A DNA stretch of 29,486 nt from Ilumatobacteraceae bacterium (lineage in GTDB: Bacteria > Actinomycetota > Acidimicrobiia > Acidimicrobiales > Ilumatobacteraceae), in assembly GCA_964228515.1 (NCBI GenBank), contig CAXRBC010000053.1, positions 1 through 29,486 on the forward strand, given 5' to 3'. The stretch's first letter is position 1. Each line of letters starts with the position of its first letter. Below the pieces are notes generated by a model. That model did not search any database. It was not told the origin of the DNA and was given only the letters and a program-made list of their open reading frames with translations. The translations under genes and the position numbers were made by a program. This document shows positions 1-10,091 of this stretch, one piece after another.

Positions 1-339
1 TGGATTGCGCGCGTGCAGCGTGAACTCACTCGGCGCGGTCTTGATGGTCTCCATCACGACCTCGGGATCGAAGCGCACTCGAGCATCGGTGATCTTCACG
101 CCATCTGCGGGGAACAACTTGCGTGCGTCGGGCTCGAGGAAGTCGATGCCGTGGTCCTGGAGCACCTTGAGGGAGGCGAGGTGGATGGCCTCGACCTCGT
201 CCTCGGAGAGCACCTTGGTCGGCCCGTAGGTCATCTTCGGCTGGGCGAAGGGCTTCTGCTCCGGCAACTTGGAGCGTCCGGCTGCGGCCTGGCGATCCCG
301 TCCGCGCCGACGTCCGCCTGTGGTTTCGATCTCTGTCAC
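1..339 (-). CDS. mttB: Trimethylamine methyltransferase (MttB/MtgB) family protein, N-terminal 113 codons; runs off the window edge
   Basis: Manual translation from GTG at 339 (SD-like GAGGGG upstream): MTEIETTGGRRRGRDRQ...TKVLSEDEVEAIHLASLKVLQDHGIDF...RVRFDPEVVMETIKTAPSEFTLHARNP. Matches the MttB N-terminus and aligns with 19166..20704 (LVSDEVL..ILEEVGV..RVRFP..ARNP). Absent from the ORF track. Confidence 0.88.
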   Translation of the reverse strand, partial: MTEIETTGGRRRGRDRQAAAGRSKLPEQKPFAQPKMTYGPTKVLSEDEVEAIHLASLKVLQDHGIDFLEPDARKLFPADGVKITDARVRFDPEVVMETIKTAPSEFTLHARNP

Positions 340-396
340 GTGTCCCCTCGAGTGGTCAACCCCGATGCGGGGCACAACGTCTAGAGGCTAGTTGCC

Positions 397-443
397 GACC
401 GCCGAATCGGTCATGTCGACACCGCCCGAATCGGGTGCGGTGT
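397..443. terminator. Two tandem GC-rich hairpins just downstream of the etfA stop; possible terminator or RNA-processing element
   Basis: GACCG-CCGAAT-CGGTC (397-412) and ACACCG-CCCG-AAT-CGGG-TG-CGGTGT (419-443). No U-tract, so function is uncertain. Confidence 0.4.
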
Positions 444-445
444 GA

Positions 446-1432
446 CTACTGCCCGCGGCGGCGGCGGATCTCGGCCGAGATCGCCGGGACGACCTTGTGC
501 AGGTCTCCGATGACCGCGTATCCGGCCTTCGTCACGATGTTGGCTTCCTTGTCGGTGTTGATGGCGAGAATGTTCTTCGACGCCATCGCACCCACCCAGT
601 GCTGGATGGCGCCCGAGATGCCGCAGGCGAAGTACACGTCGGGCGCGATGCGGGTGCCCGTCTGGCCGACCTGGTCGGCGTGGTTGCGCCACCCGTTGTT
701 GGTCACCGCGCGCGAGCATCCGACGACGCCGCCCAGCAGTTCGGCGAGTTCCTGCAGCGGTGCAAATCCGTCGGCCGATCCGACCCCCCGGCCGCCGCCG
801 ACGACCACGGGCGCGGTCGACAGCGTGACGCCCGCGGCGCGTTCGGTGCGGCCGCGCACGACGCTGCGCGCGAGCGACGCATCGAGCGTCACCGTGAGCT
901 CCGCGGCCGCCCCCGCGCCGGGCGCCACCGGCGCGGCCGCGTCGTACGCGTGGTGGGCGACCGTGAGCAGCATGGTGGGCGCGGAGGCCGTGGCGTCCTC
1001 GAGCAGCGAGCCGCCCCAGCGCGTGCGCGTGACCGCGACCGCGGTCACGCCATGGCGCGACGGATCGACCGACCCGCAGATGGCCACCATCGGGAGATCG
1101 AGGCGGGCGGCCGCCTGGGCGAGCACTTCGTTGCCCCTGCCCGTGCCGCACGCGACCACGGCGGCGGGCGCGCGTGCCCGCACGGCCTGGGCGCGCACCT
1201 CGCCCCAGGCCTCGGGCCCGTAGTCGGTGAGGATCGCGTGGCGCGCGTGGTGGACGCGCGCGGCGCCGTGGGCCGCGAGCACGCCGCCGAGGCCGTCGGC
1301 CTGCGCGGAGATGCACAGCGCCTCGACGGGCGCCCCGAGCGTCGAGGCCATCGCCCGCGCCGCGGCCATCGCCTCGAGCGTGGCGTCCGCGAGCACGCCG
1401 CGGTCGTGCTCGACGAGGACGAGGACGCTCAC
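446..1432 (-). CDS. etfA: Electron transfer flavoprotein alpha subunit
   Basis: C-terminal motifs VVVGGGRG, GCSRAV, QVGQTG..IAPDVYFACGISGAIQHWVG, AINTDKEANI. Start taken at GTG 1432 (VSVLVLVEH), overlapping the etfB stop (GTGA). The track's 2077 start is an upstream in-frame extension. Confidence 0.95.
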   Translation of the reverse strand: MSVLVLVEHDRGVLADATLEAMAAARAMASTLGAPVEALCISAQADGLGGVLAAHGAARVHHARHAILTDYGPEAWGEVRAQAVRARAPAAVVACGTGRGNEVLAQAAARLDLPMVAICGSVDPSRHGVTAVAVTRTRWGGSLLEDATASAPTMLLTVAHHAYDAAAPVAPGAGAAAELTVTLDASLARSVVRGRTERAAGVTLSTAPVVVGGGRGVGSADGFAPLQELAELLGGVVGCSRAVTNNGWRNHADQVGQTGTRIAPDVYFACGISGAIQHWVGAMASKNILAINTDKEANIVTKAGYAVIGDLHKVVPAISAEIRRRRGQ

Positions 1433-2196
1433 CGCAGCACCCCCAGCTCCTGCAGCAAGTCGACCACCGCGGGCGCGGCCTCGGGGCCCTGGCCGAGCAT
1501 GACGGTCGTGCTCGAGCGCTCCTCGGGGCGCCGCAGGCGGGTCAGGCGCTGCGCGCCCTCGTCTCCCTCCGCGGCGACGACCTGCACCGCGGCCTTCTTG
1601 GACGCGAGGCGCCCCTTCATCGTCGGGTACCGGGGCAGGTTGATCCCCTCGCGGATCCCCACCGCGGCGGGCAGCGGGAGCTCGTACGTCTCGCGACCGC
1701 CGTCGACCTCGCGCTGCACGTGTGCGACGCCGTCGCGCACCTCGAGTCCCTTGGCGCCGTTGACCATCGGGCGGCCGAGGGCGTGCGCGACGCGCACGCC
1801 GACCTGGTAGTTGCAGCCGTCGGCCGACTCGTTGCCGAAGAGCACGAGGTCGAAGGCGCCGTCGCGCGCCTCGATCGCACGGATGGCGGCCGCGATGGCG
1901 CGCGCCGTGCGCTGCGGATCCCACTCCGTCTCGGCGATCGAGAGGAGGACGCCGTCGGTCATGCCGACGCTCGCCGCGTAGCGCAGCTGCTCCTCGGCCT
2001 CGGCGGGGCCGAGCGTCAGGACGGTCGCGGTGCCCCCGTGGGCCTCGACCAGCTGCACGGCCGACTCGACCGCGCACTCCTCGTGGGGGCTGGTGGTGAA
2101 GCCGAGGTGCGCCGTGTCGACGGCGAGCCCATCGTCCGTGACGTTGATGCGCGCGCCCGGCGCGGGCACGCGCTTGACGCAGACGCAGATGCGCAT
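1429..2196 (-). CDS. etfB: Electron transfer flavoprotein beta subunit
   Basis: MRICVCVKRVP, ECAVESAVQL, LVLFGNESAD..YQVG, INLPRYP motifs; adjacent to etfA. Confidence 0.95.
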   Translation of the reverse strand: MRICVCVKRVPAPGARINVTDDGLAVDTAHLGFTTSPHEECAVESAVQLVEAHGGTATVLTLGPAEAEEQLRYAASVGMTDGVLLSIAETEWDPQRTARAIAAAIRAIEARDGAFDLVLFGNESADGCNYQVGVRVAHALGRPMVNGAKGLEVRDGVAHVQREVDGGRETYELPLPAAVGIREGINLPRYPTMKGRLASKKAAVQVVAAEGDEGAQRLTRLRRPEERSSTTVMLGQGPEAAPAVVDLLQELGVLR

Positions 2197-2209
2197 GGGG
2201 CGCGGCGCG

Positions 2210-4738
2210 TCAGGACTTCATGCGGGCGTCGTCGGGGTCGAAGAGCGGCTTCGACCCGACGCGCGCCACGCGCACGGGGTACGTCTCGTTCATGTACATG
2301 ACCTTGAGCTCGTTGCCCTCGACCGCGTGCTCCGGTGGCAGGTACGCCATGAGGAGGTACGTGCCGAGCGACGGAGCCGCGCCGGCCGTGGTCACTCGCG
2401 AGACGCGACCCTTGGCGTCGACGATGCGCGCGCCGTCCTTGGTGAGGATCGGCTCGTTGCCGCCGGTCGGGTATCGGTCGATCCCCTCCGCGCTGCGGTG
2501 GCTCAGCATCTCGAGCGTGCACATCGTCGTGACCTGAGGCTCCCCGCGGGCCTCGAGGTAGGCGGCCTTGCCGATGAAGTCGGCCGACTTGACCTTGGGA
2601 CGCGCGAGCCCGGCCTCGACGGGGGTGTACTCGCTCTCGAGCTCCGAGCCCATGAGGCGGTAGCCCTTCTCGATGCGGCCCGTGAGGCCGTACACGCCGA
2701 TGCCGACGGGCACGATGCCGTACTCCTTGCCCGCCTCCGCGATGGCGTCCCACAGCCGCAGGCCGTGCTCCATCTTGGTGTAGACCTCCCATCCGTTCTC
2801 GCCGACGTACGAGATGCGGAACATGGTGCACGGCGCGCCGTCGATGAGCACGTCGCGCACGGAGCCGTAGGGGAACGCGGCCTGCGAGACGTCGAGCGAC
2901 TTGTGGTCGCCCGTGACGATCTTGGCCATCGTCCGCTCGGCGTTGGGGCCCCAGACGCCGATCGTGCAGAGGCCGGCCGACATGTCGGTGAACGTCACGG
3001 AGCCGTCGGTCGGCATGTGCCGGCGGAACCAGTGCTTGTCCCGCCCGCCGTCGAACGCGCCGGTGATCACGCGGAAGTGCTCGGCGCCGAGGCGCATGAT
3101 CGTGAGGTCGGCGCGGAAGCCCCCGTGCGGGGTCAGCAGCGGTGTGTAGACCGAGCGACCCACGGGGACGTCCACGTTGTTGACGCACATCCACTGCAGG
3201 AACGCGAGGGCGCCGGGGCCGGTGAAGTCGAACTCGTTGAACGCGGTGAGGTCCACCATGCCGACCGACTCGCGCATCGCGAGGTGCTCTGCGTTGATGA
3301 TCGGCGACCACCAGCGCGCGTCCCACTCGTGCGCGCGGGGCTCGCACTTGCCGGCGTACTTCGTGAGGAGGCGGGCGTTGGACTCGTACCACTGCGGCCG
3401 CTCCCAGCCGCGGGCGTCGAAGAACACGGCGCCGAGCGCCTCCTCGCGGGCGTAGAAGGGGCTCCGGCGCATGCCGCGCTGCGAGGCCCACTGCTCGCGG
3501 GGGTGGACGATGCCGTAGGTCTTGTTGAAGTGCTCGGCGCATCGGGCGTAGATGTGGTGCTCGGTCTTCTCGTGCGCGTAGAAGCGGCTGATGTCCGACG
3601 TGTGCGGGTCGCAGAGGTGCGGGTAGCCGTAGGTCATCCACTCGGCGACGAGCTGGGCGATGCCCGGACCCTCCTTGATCCAGACCGCGGCGGCCGACCA
3701 GAGGTTCTTGACCTCCGGGGTCTCGCCGAGCACGGGCATGCCGTCCGGCGTGAGCGAGAGCAGCCCGTTGATCGCGTACTTGATCTCGGCGTCGCCGAGC
3801 ATCTCCATGAGGTCGATGGCCTGCTCCAGCTGCGGGTCGAAATCGTCCGCCGTGAAGGGCATCTCGGTGGGGGAGAGCGCCGCCTCCTCGTTGGACGGGA
3901 TCTCGTCCGGGTGGTGGAAGATCGGGCGGTGCGCGTACGAGCCCACCTCCATGCTGCCGGCCGTCTGGCGCTCGTAGCAGAACGTGTCCATGTCGCGCAC
4001 GATCGGGTATGCGACCTCCTTGTTGGACTGCTGCAGCACGTCGATCGGGCCGACGTCGGCCATCTGGTGCACGGCGGGCGTGAGGGGGATCTCGGCGCCC
4101 GCCATCTTGGCGATGCGCGGGCTCCAGCAGCCGCAGGCGATGACGACGTGCTCGGCCTCGATGCGGCCCTTGTCGGTCACGACGGCCTTGATCGTGCCGT
4201 CGGCGGTCTCGAGCGCGGTGACCTCGGTGTTCGGGAACACCTTGAGGCCCGCCTCCTTGACCGCGTACTCGCGCATGAGGGTGCCCGTCTGGAGGGAGTC
4301 GACGACCGACACGCTCGGCGTGTAGTAGCCGCCGAGGAGGATCTTCTCGTTGATGAACGGCACGAGCTCCTTGATCTCCGCCGGCGACACGAGGCGCGCG
4401 TCGATGCCCCACGACTTCGCCGACGTCATGCGGCGCTTGAACTCCTCGAGGCGCTGCGGCTCGCGGGCGACCTCGATGCCGCCGCACGTGGAGTTCATCC
4501 CGTGCTCGACGTACTGGCGCTGACTCTCGAGGGTGAGGAACGCCATCTCCTTGTTGTGGTCGGTGGGGAAGATGAAGTTGGACGCGTGGCCGGTGGAGCC
4601 GCCCGGGTTGGGCAGCGGGCCCTTGTCGAGCAGCACCATGTCGCGCCAGCCGAGCTTCGCGAGGTGCCCGACCAGGCAGTTGCCGACGATGCCTGCGCCG
4701 ATCACGACGACCTTCGCGCGAGACGGAACCTGACTCAT
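2210..4738 (-). CDS. Dimethylglycine/sarcosine dehydrogenase-type FAD enzyme with C-terminal GcvT-like folate-binding domain (842 aa)
   Basis: Rossmann VVVIGAGIVG; GGSTGHAS (His at the covalent-flavin position of DMG oxidase/dehydrogenase); FYAREEALGAVF..ARGWERP, VGMVDLTAF, RISYVGENGWEV. SD AAGGGGG upstream. Exact substrate is inferred. Confidence 0.88.
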   Translation of the reverse strand: MSQVPSRAKVVVIGAGIVGNCLVGHLAKLGWRDMVLLDKGPLPNPGGSTGHASNFIFPTDHNKEMAFLTLESQRQYVEHGMNSTCGGIEVAREPQRLEEFKRRMTSAKSWGIDARLVSPAEIKELVPFINEKILLGGYYTPSVSVVDSLQTGTLMREYAVKEAGLKVFPNTEVTALETADGTIKAVVTDKGRIEAEHVVIACGCWSPRIAKMAGAEIPLTPAVHQMADVGPIDVLQQSNKEVAYPIVRDMDTFCYERQTAGSMEVGSYAHRPIFHHPDEIPSNEEAALSPTEMPFTADDFDPQLEQAIDLMEMLGDAEIKYAINGLLSLTPDGMPVLGETPEVKNLWSAAAVWIKEGPGIAQLVAEWMTYGYPHLCDPHTSDISRFYAHEKTEHHIYARCAEHFNKTYGIVHPREQWASQRGMRRSPFYAREEALGAVFFDARGWERPQWYESNARLLTKYAGKCEPRAHEWDARWWSPIINAEHLAMRESVGMVDLTAFNEFDFTGPGALAFLQWMCVNNVDVPVGRSVYTPLLTPHGGFRADLTIMRLGAEHFRVITGAFDGGRDKHWFRRHMPTDGSVTFTDMSAGLCTIGVWGPNAERTMAKIVTGDHKSLDVSQAAFPYGSVRDVLIDGAPCTMFRISYVGENGWEVYTKMEHGLRLWDAIAEAGKEYGIVPVGIGVYGLTGRIEKGYRLMGSELESEYTPVEAGLARPKVKSADFIGKAAYLEARGEPQVTTMCTLEMLSHRSAEGIDRYPTGGNEPILTKDGARIVDAKGRVSRVTTAGAAPSLGTYLLMAYLPPEHAVEGNELKVMYMNETYPVRVARVGSKPLFDPDDARMKS

Positions 4739-4754
4739 GGATGCCCCCTTACCG

Positions 4755-4777
4755 CTGGTATATCAGTACCATATCAG
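4755..4777. promoter_or_regulatory. Candidate GntR operator overlapping divergent -10 boxes
   Basis: CTGGTATATCAG near-palindrome (4755-4766) inside TGGTA-N6-TACCA; ATATCAG repeated (4760-4766, 4771-4777); TACCAT (+, 4767-4772) and TATGGT (-, 4768-4773). Confidence 0.65.
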
Positions 4778-4778
4778 C

Positions 4779-5456
4779 ATGAGCGACGCCCGCGAAACCC
4801 TGAGCGGGCGCGCCTACGACGCGATCCGTCGCAAGATCGTGCGGCTCGAGCTCGCGCCGGGCGACGTGGTCTCCGAGTCGGACCTGCAGCGAGAGCTCGG
4901 CATCGGTCGCACGCCGATCCGCGAGGCGCTCCAGCGCCTGGCGCGCGACCAGTTCATCGTCGTCATGCCTCGGCGCGGGATGATCGTCTCGGGCGTCGAC
5001 GTGTCGGAGCTGGCGATGCTCTACGAGACGCGCGCGATCCTCGAGCCATACGCGGTGCGCCTCGCGGCCGAGCGCGGCCGCGAGGAGGACTGGGACGAGA
5101 TGGCGGCCGTGCTCGCCGGCGGCGCGTCGCACGCGCCCGCCGACCTCATCGAGGTGGACCGGCGCTGCCACGAGATCGTCTGGCGGGCGGCGGGCAATCG
5201 CTTCCTCGTCGACACCCTCGACATGTTGTACGCGCAGAGCGACCGACTCTGGCACATGTACCTCGCCGACGTCGCCGACATGGGTGAGGCGGTGGACGAG
5301 CACCGCGAGATCCTCGGCGCGCTGCGCGCGGCCGACGGCACCCGGGCCGCGTCGCTCGCGGAGGCCCACGTCCGTTCGTTCGACGCGCGGATCCGCGACG
5401 CCGTGTCGCGTCGCCTCAGTCGTTCTGCACGTGCTGGAAGCCGAAGCGCCCCTTGA
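4779..5456 (+). CDS. GntR/FCD-family transcriptional regulator
   Basis: wHTH RAYDAIRRKIVRLELAPG..SESDLQRELGIGRTPIREALQRLARDQFIVVMPRRG plus FCD domain (DRRCH..IVWRAAGN..L, EHREIL.AL). Start at ATG 4779 preferred because the 4737 start collides with the divergent gene's start codon. Confidence 0.93.
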   Translation: MSDARETLSGRAYDAIRRKIVRLELAPGDVVSESDLQRELGIGRTPIREALQRLARDQFIVVMPRRGMIVSGVDVSELAMLYETRAILEPYAVRLAAERGREEDWDEMAAVLAGGASHAPADLIEVDRRCHEIVWRAAGNRFLVDTLDMLYAQSDRLWHMYLADVADMGEAVDEHREILGALRAADGTRAASLAEAHVRSFDARIRDAVSRRLSRSARAGSRSAP

Positions 5457-6269
5457 TGCACAGGTTGCCGTGCGTGACCGAGTGGTCCGACGGCGAGGTG
5501 ACCTTGACGATCCGGTCGTCCTGGACGTGCAGGGTGAGGGCACACCCGACCCCGCAGTAGGGGCAGATCGTGTCGGTGCGGCTCTGGCGGGACTCGTCCC
5601 ACGTGCCGGCTGCGCGCATGTCGTGCTCGCTCGTGAACATGAGGGCGCCCGTCGGGCACACCTGGATGCAGTTGCCGCAGTAGACGCACGCCGAATCGGG
5701 CAGCGGCGTCTCGTACTCGGTCGCGATGTGCGCCCCGAAGCCGCGGCCGGCCGTGGCGATCGCGAAGGTCTGCTGCCACTGCTCGCCGCAGGCGTCGACG
5801 CACTGGTAGCACAGGATGCACTTGGCGTAGTCGCGCACGTACAGCGCGTTGTCGCGCTTCACCGGCTGGGCGACCGTCGCCGCGTCCGGTCCGAAGCGGG
5901 CGGGGTCGGCGCCGTACGCCTCGTTCCATCGCGCCACGTTGGCGGTGAGCGACAGGTCGACCGAGGACCCGAGGAGCTCGAGTACGAGGCGGCGGCTGTG
6001 TCGCGTCCGCTCGGTGTCCGTGCGGACCTTCATGCCCGGCTCGGCCTTGCGCGAGCACGACGGCACGAGCGTCCGCGAGCCCTCCACCTCGACCATGCAC
6101 ACGCGGCAGGCGTTCTTGGGGGTGATCGTGTCGCCGTAGCAGAGGGTCGGCACCTCGGTGCCGCGCGAGCGGCAGGCCTGCAGGAGCGTCGTGCCCTCCG
6201 GGACCGTGACCGGCGCTCCGTCGATCGTGAGCTCGACCGACCGTCGCACGGTGAGCCCGGTCGTCTCGG

Positions 6270-6273
<4 letters not shown>
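5416..6273 (-). CDS. Formate dehydrogenase iron-sulfur subunit (FdsA/NuoG N-terminal part: 2Fe-2S, 2x4Fe-4S and the Mo-proximal 4Fe-4S motif)
   Basis: From ATG 6273 (ATGA overlap): PTLC..NACRVCMVEV..PSC; CILCYQCVDAC; CVYCGNCIQVCPTGAL; TICPYCGVGC..GNLCIKG. Confidence 0.9.
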
Positions 6274-8068
<1,795 letters not shown>

Positions 8069-8078
<10 letters not shown>

Positions 8079-9994
8079 GCGGGTACGGGCAGCCGCTCGA
8101 TGCGCACCGCCGCGGCCTTGAACTCGGCGGTTCCTGACTTCGGGTCGGTCGCGTCGATGGTCAGGCGGTTGACGTCCACCTCGTCCGGGAAGTGCATCGT
8201 CATGAACACGAGCCCCGGCCGCAGTCCCTCGTCGACGCGCACCGGCGCGGTGACCTCGCCGCGGCGCGACACGATGCGCACGGTCTCGCCGTCCGCGACG
8301 CCGAGCGACGCGGCATCCTCCGGCGACACGTCGACGGTCTCGCCCGTGCGCAAGGGGCTGTCGAATCCGCGGGACTGCACGCCCGTGTTGTACGAGTCGA
8401 GCCGGCGGCCCGTCGTCAGGCGCAGCGGGTACTGCGCGTCGGTCGCCTCGACGGGAGGCTCGTCGCGCACGACGCTGAAGGGCGCGAGGCGCCCGCGCGA
8501 GGCCGGGTCGTCCGCCCAGAGCCGTCCATGGAGGTACGGGGGCTCGAGCGTGTCCTCGGAGAAGCACGGCCACTGGATGCCGCCGAGCGCCTCGAGCCGG
8601 GCGTACGACATGCCGGCGTGCATGGGGGACAGCGAGCGCAGCTCATCCCAGACGTGCTCCATCGTGGGATACGACCAGTCGCGGCCCATGCGCCGCGCCA
8701 ACTCGACGATGATCGCGCAGTCGTCGCGGGCGTCACCGGGCGGGTTGAGGGCCTTGCGCACGCGCTGCACGCGCCGCTCGCTGTTGGTCACGGTGCCCTC
8801 GCCCTCGCACCACGAGGCCGAGCCCGGCAGCACGACGTCCGCGAGGCCCGCGGTCTTGGTGAGGAAGATGTCCTGGACGACGAGGAAGTCGAGGCTCCCG
8901 AGGAGGTGCTCGGCGTGCGCGCCGTCGGCCTCGGACTGGGCCGGGTTCTCGCCGATCACGTAGAGCGTCCGCAGATCGCCGCGGCCCATCGCCTCGAACA
9001 TCTGGGTGAGGTTCCACCCGTTGCGCGGCGGGACGGGCGTGCCCCAGACGGCGTCGAACTTGGCGCGGGCGACGTCGTCCTCGACGTCCTGGAAGCCCGG
9101 GAGCTTGTTGGGCAGCGCGCCCATGTCGCCGCCGCCCTGCACGTTGTTCTGCCCGCGCAGCGGATTGAGCCCCGACCCGGGTCGGCCGACGTGACCGCAG
9201 AGCAGCGCCAGGTTGATGAGCGCCAGGACGTTGTCGACGCCGTTGTGGTGCTCGGTGATCCCGAGGGTCCAGCACATCTGGGCGCGCGGGGCGCGGGCGT
9301 AGGCGTGCGCCAACTCGCGGATCGCGTCGGCCGGGACCCCCGTGACGGCACTGCCGCGCTCCAGGGTCCACTCCTCGACCGAGGCGGCGTACTCGGCGAA
9401 GCCGCTGGTCGCGCGCTCGACGAAGTCGCGGCGCACGAGGCCGGCGTGGATGATCTCACGGGCGACGGTGTGCGCGAGCGCGATGTCGGTGCCGACGTCG
9501 AGGCCCAGCCACAGGTCCGCCCACTGCGCCGACTCGGTGCGCCGGGGGTCGACCACGTAGAGCTTGGCGCCGTTGCGCACCCCCTGGAGCACGTGGTGGA
9601 AGAAGATGGGGTGCGCGCTGCGGGCGTTGGAGCCCCACAGCACGATCACGTCGGTCTGTTCGATGTCCGCGTAGGAGGAGGTCCCGCCCCCCGCTCCGAA
9701 GACGGTGGCCAGACCGACCACCGATGGCGCGTGTCAAGTTCGATTGCAGGAATCGATGTTGTTGGTGCCGATCGCCGTGCGCGCGAACTTCTGCGCCAGG
9801 AAGTTCATCTCGTTGGTGGACTTGGAGCAGGAGAAGAACCCGACGCTCGACGGCCCGCGCTCGTCGCGGCCCCGCGCGAGCCCCGCCGCCGCGCGGTCGA
9901 GCGCCTCGTCCCAGGTCGCGGGGCGCAGCGCGCCGCCGTCGCGGACCATCGGCGTCGTGAGCCGGGCGTATGGGTCGTAGCGGTGCGCGGCCAT
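8069..9994 (-). CDS. fdhF: Formate dehydrogenase catalytic Mo/W-bisPGD subunit, selenocysteine-containing (UGA at 9734-9736 read as Sec), about 641 aa
   Basis: Track ORFs 9734..10003 and 8069..9721 are in frame and join as NNIDSCNRT-UGA-HAPSVVGLATVFG, matching FdhF NNVDCCARV-U-HGPSV. Also LRGQNNVQG and TTGRRLDSYNTG motifs; SECIS directly 3'. Start at ATG 9994 (TACCGT 7 nt upstream); GTG 10003 is the alternative. Confidence 0.92.
9704..9733 (-). promoter_or_regulatory. Bacterial SECIS element
   Basis: mRNA reads UGA-CACGCGCCAUC (11 nt)-GGUGGUC-GGUCU-GGCCACC: a 7-bp stem (one G-U) with a GU-containing loop at the same 11-nt spacing as E. coli fdhF. Confidence 0.85.
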
Positions 9995-10091
9995 CGGCGC
10001 CACGGTACCAGTCGGTCGCGGATGGGTAGAGTGCGGAGGTTCGTTTCACCGCTCGGGCGACGTCGCCCGGCCGACGACGCAGGGGTGCACC

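Noticed and set aside
4737-4778. GntR start at 4737 (MDAPLPLVYQYHIS)
   Set aside because: Overlaps the divergent gene's start codon, is atypical in composition, and covers the promoter/operator; ATG 4779 fits better.
10004-10091. ZTP, THF or cobalamin riboswitch upstream of fhs, fdh or the corrinoid genes
   Set aside because: A GACTGG on the minus strand is not followed by the rest of the ZTP consensus, and the spacers are too short for a cobalamin riboswitch. A covariance-model search would be needed to exclude a divergent element.
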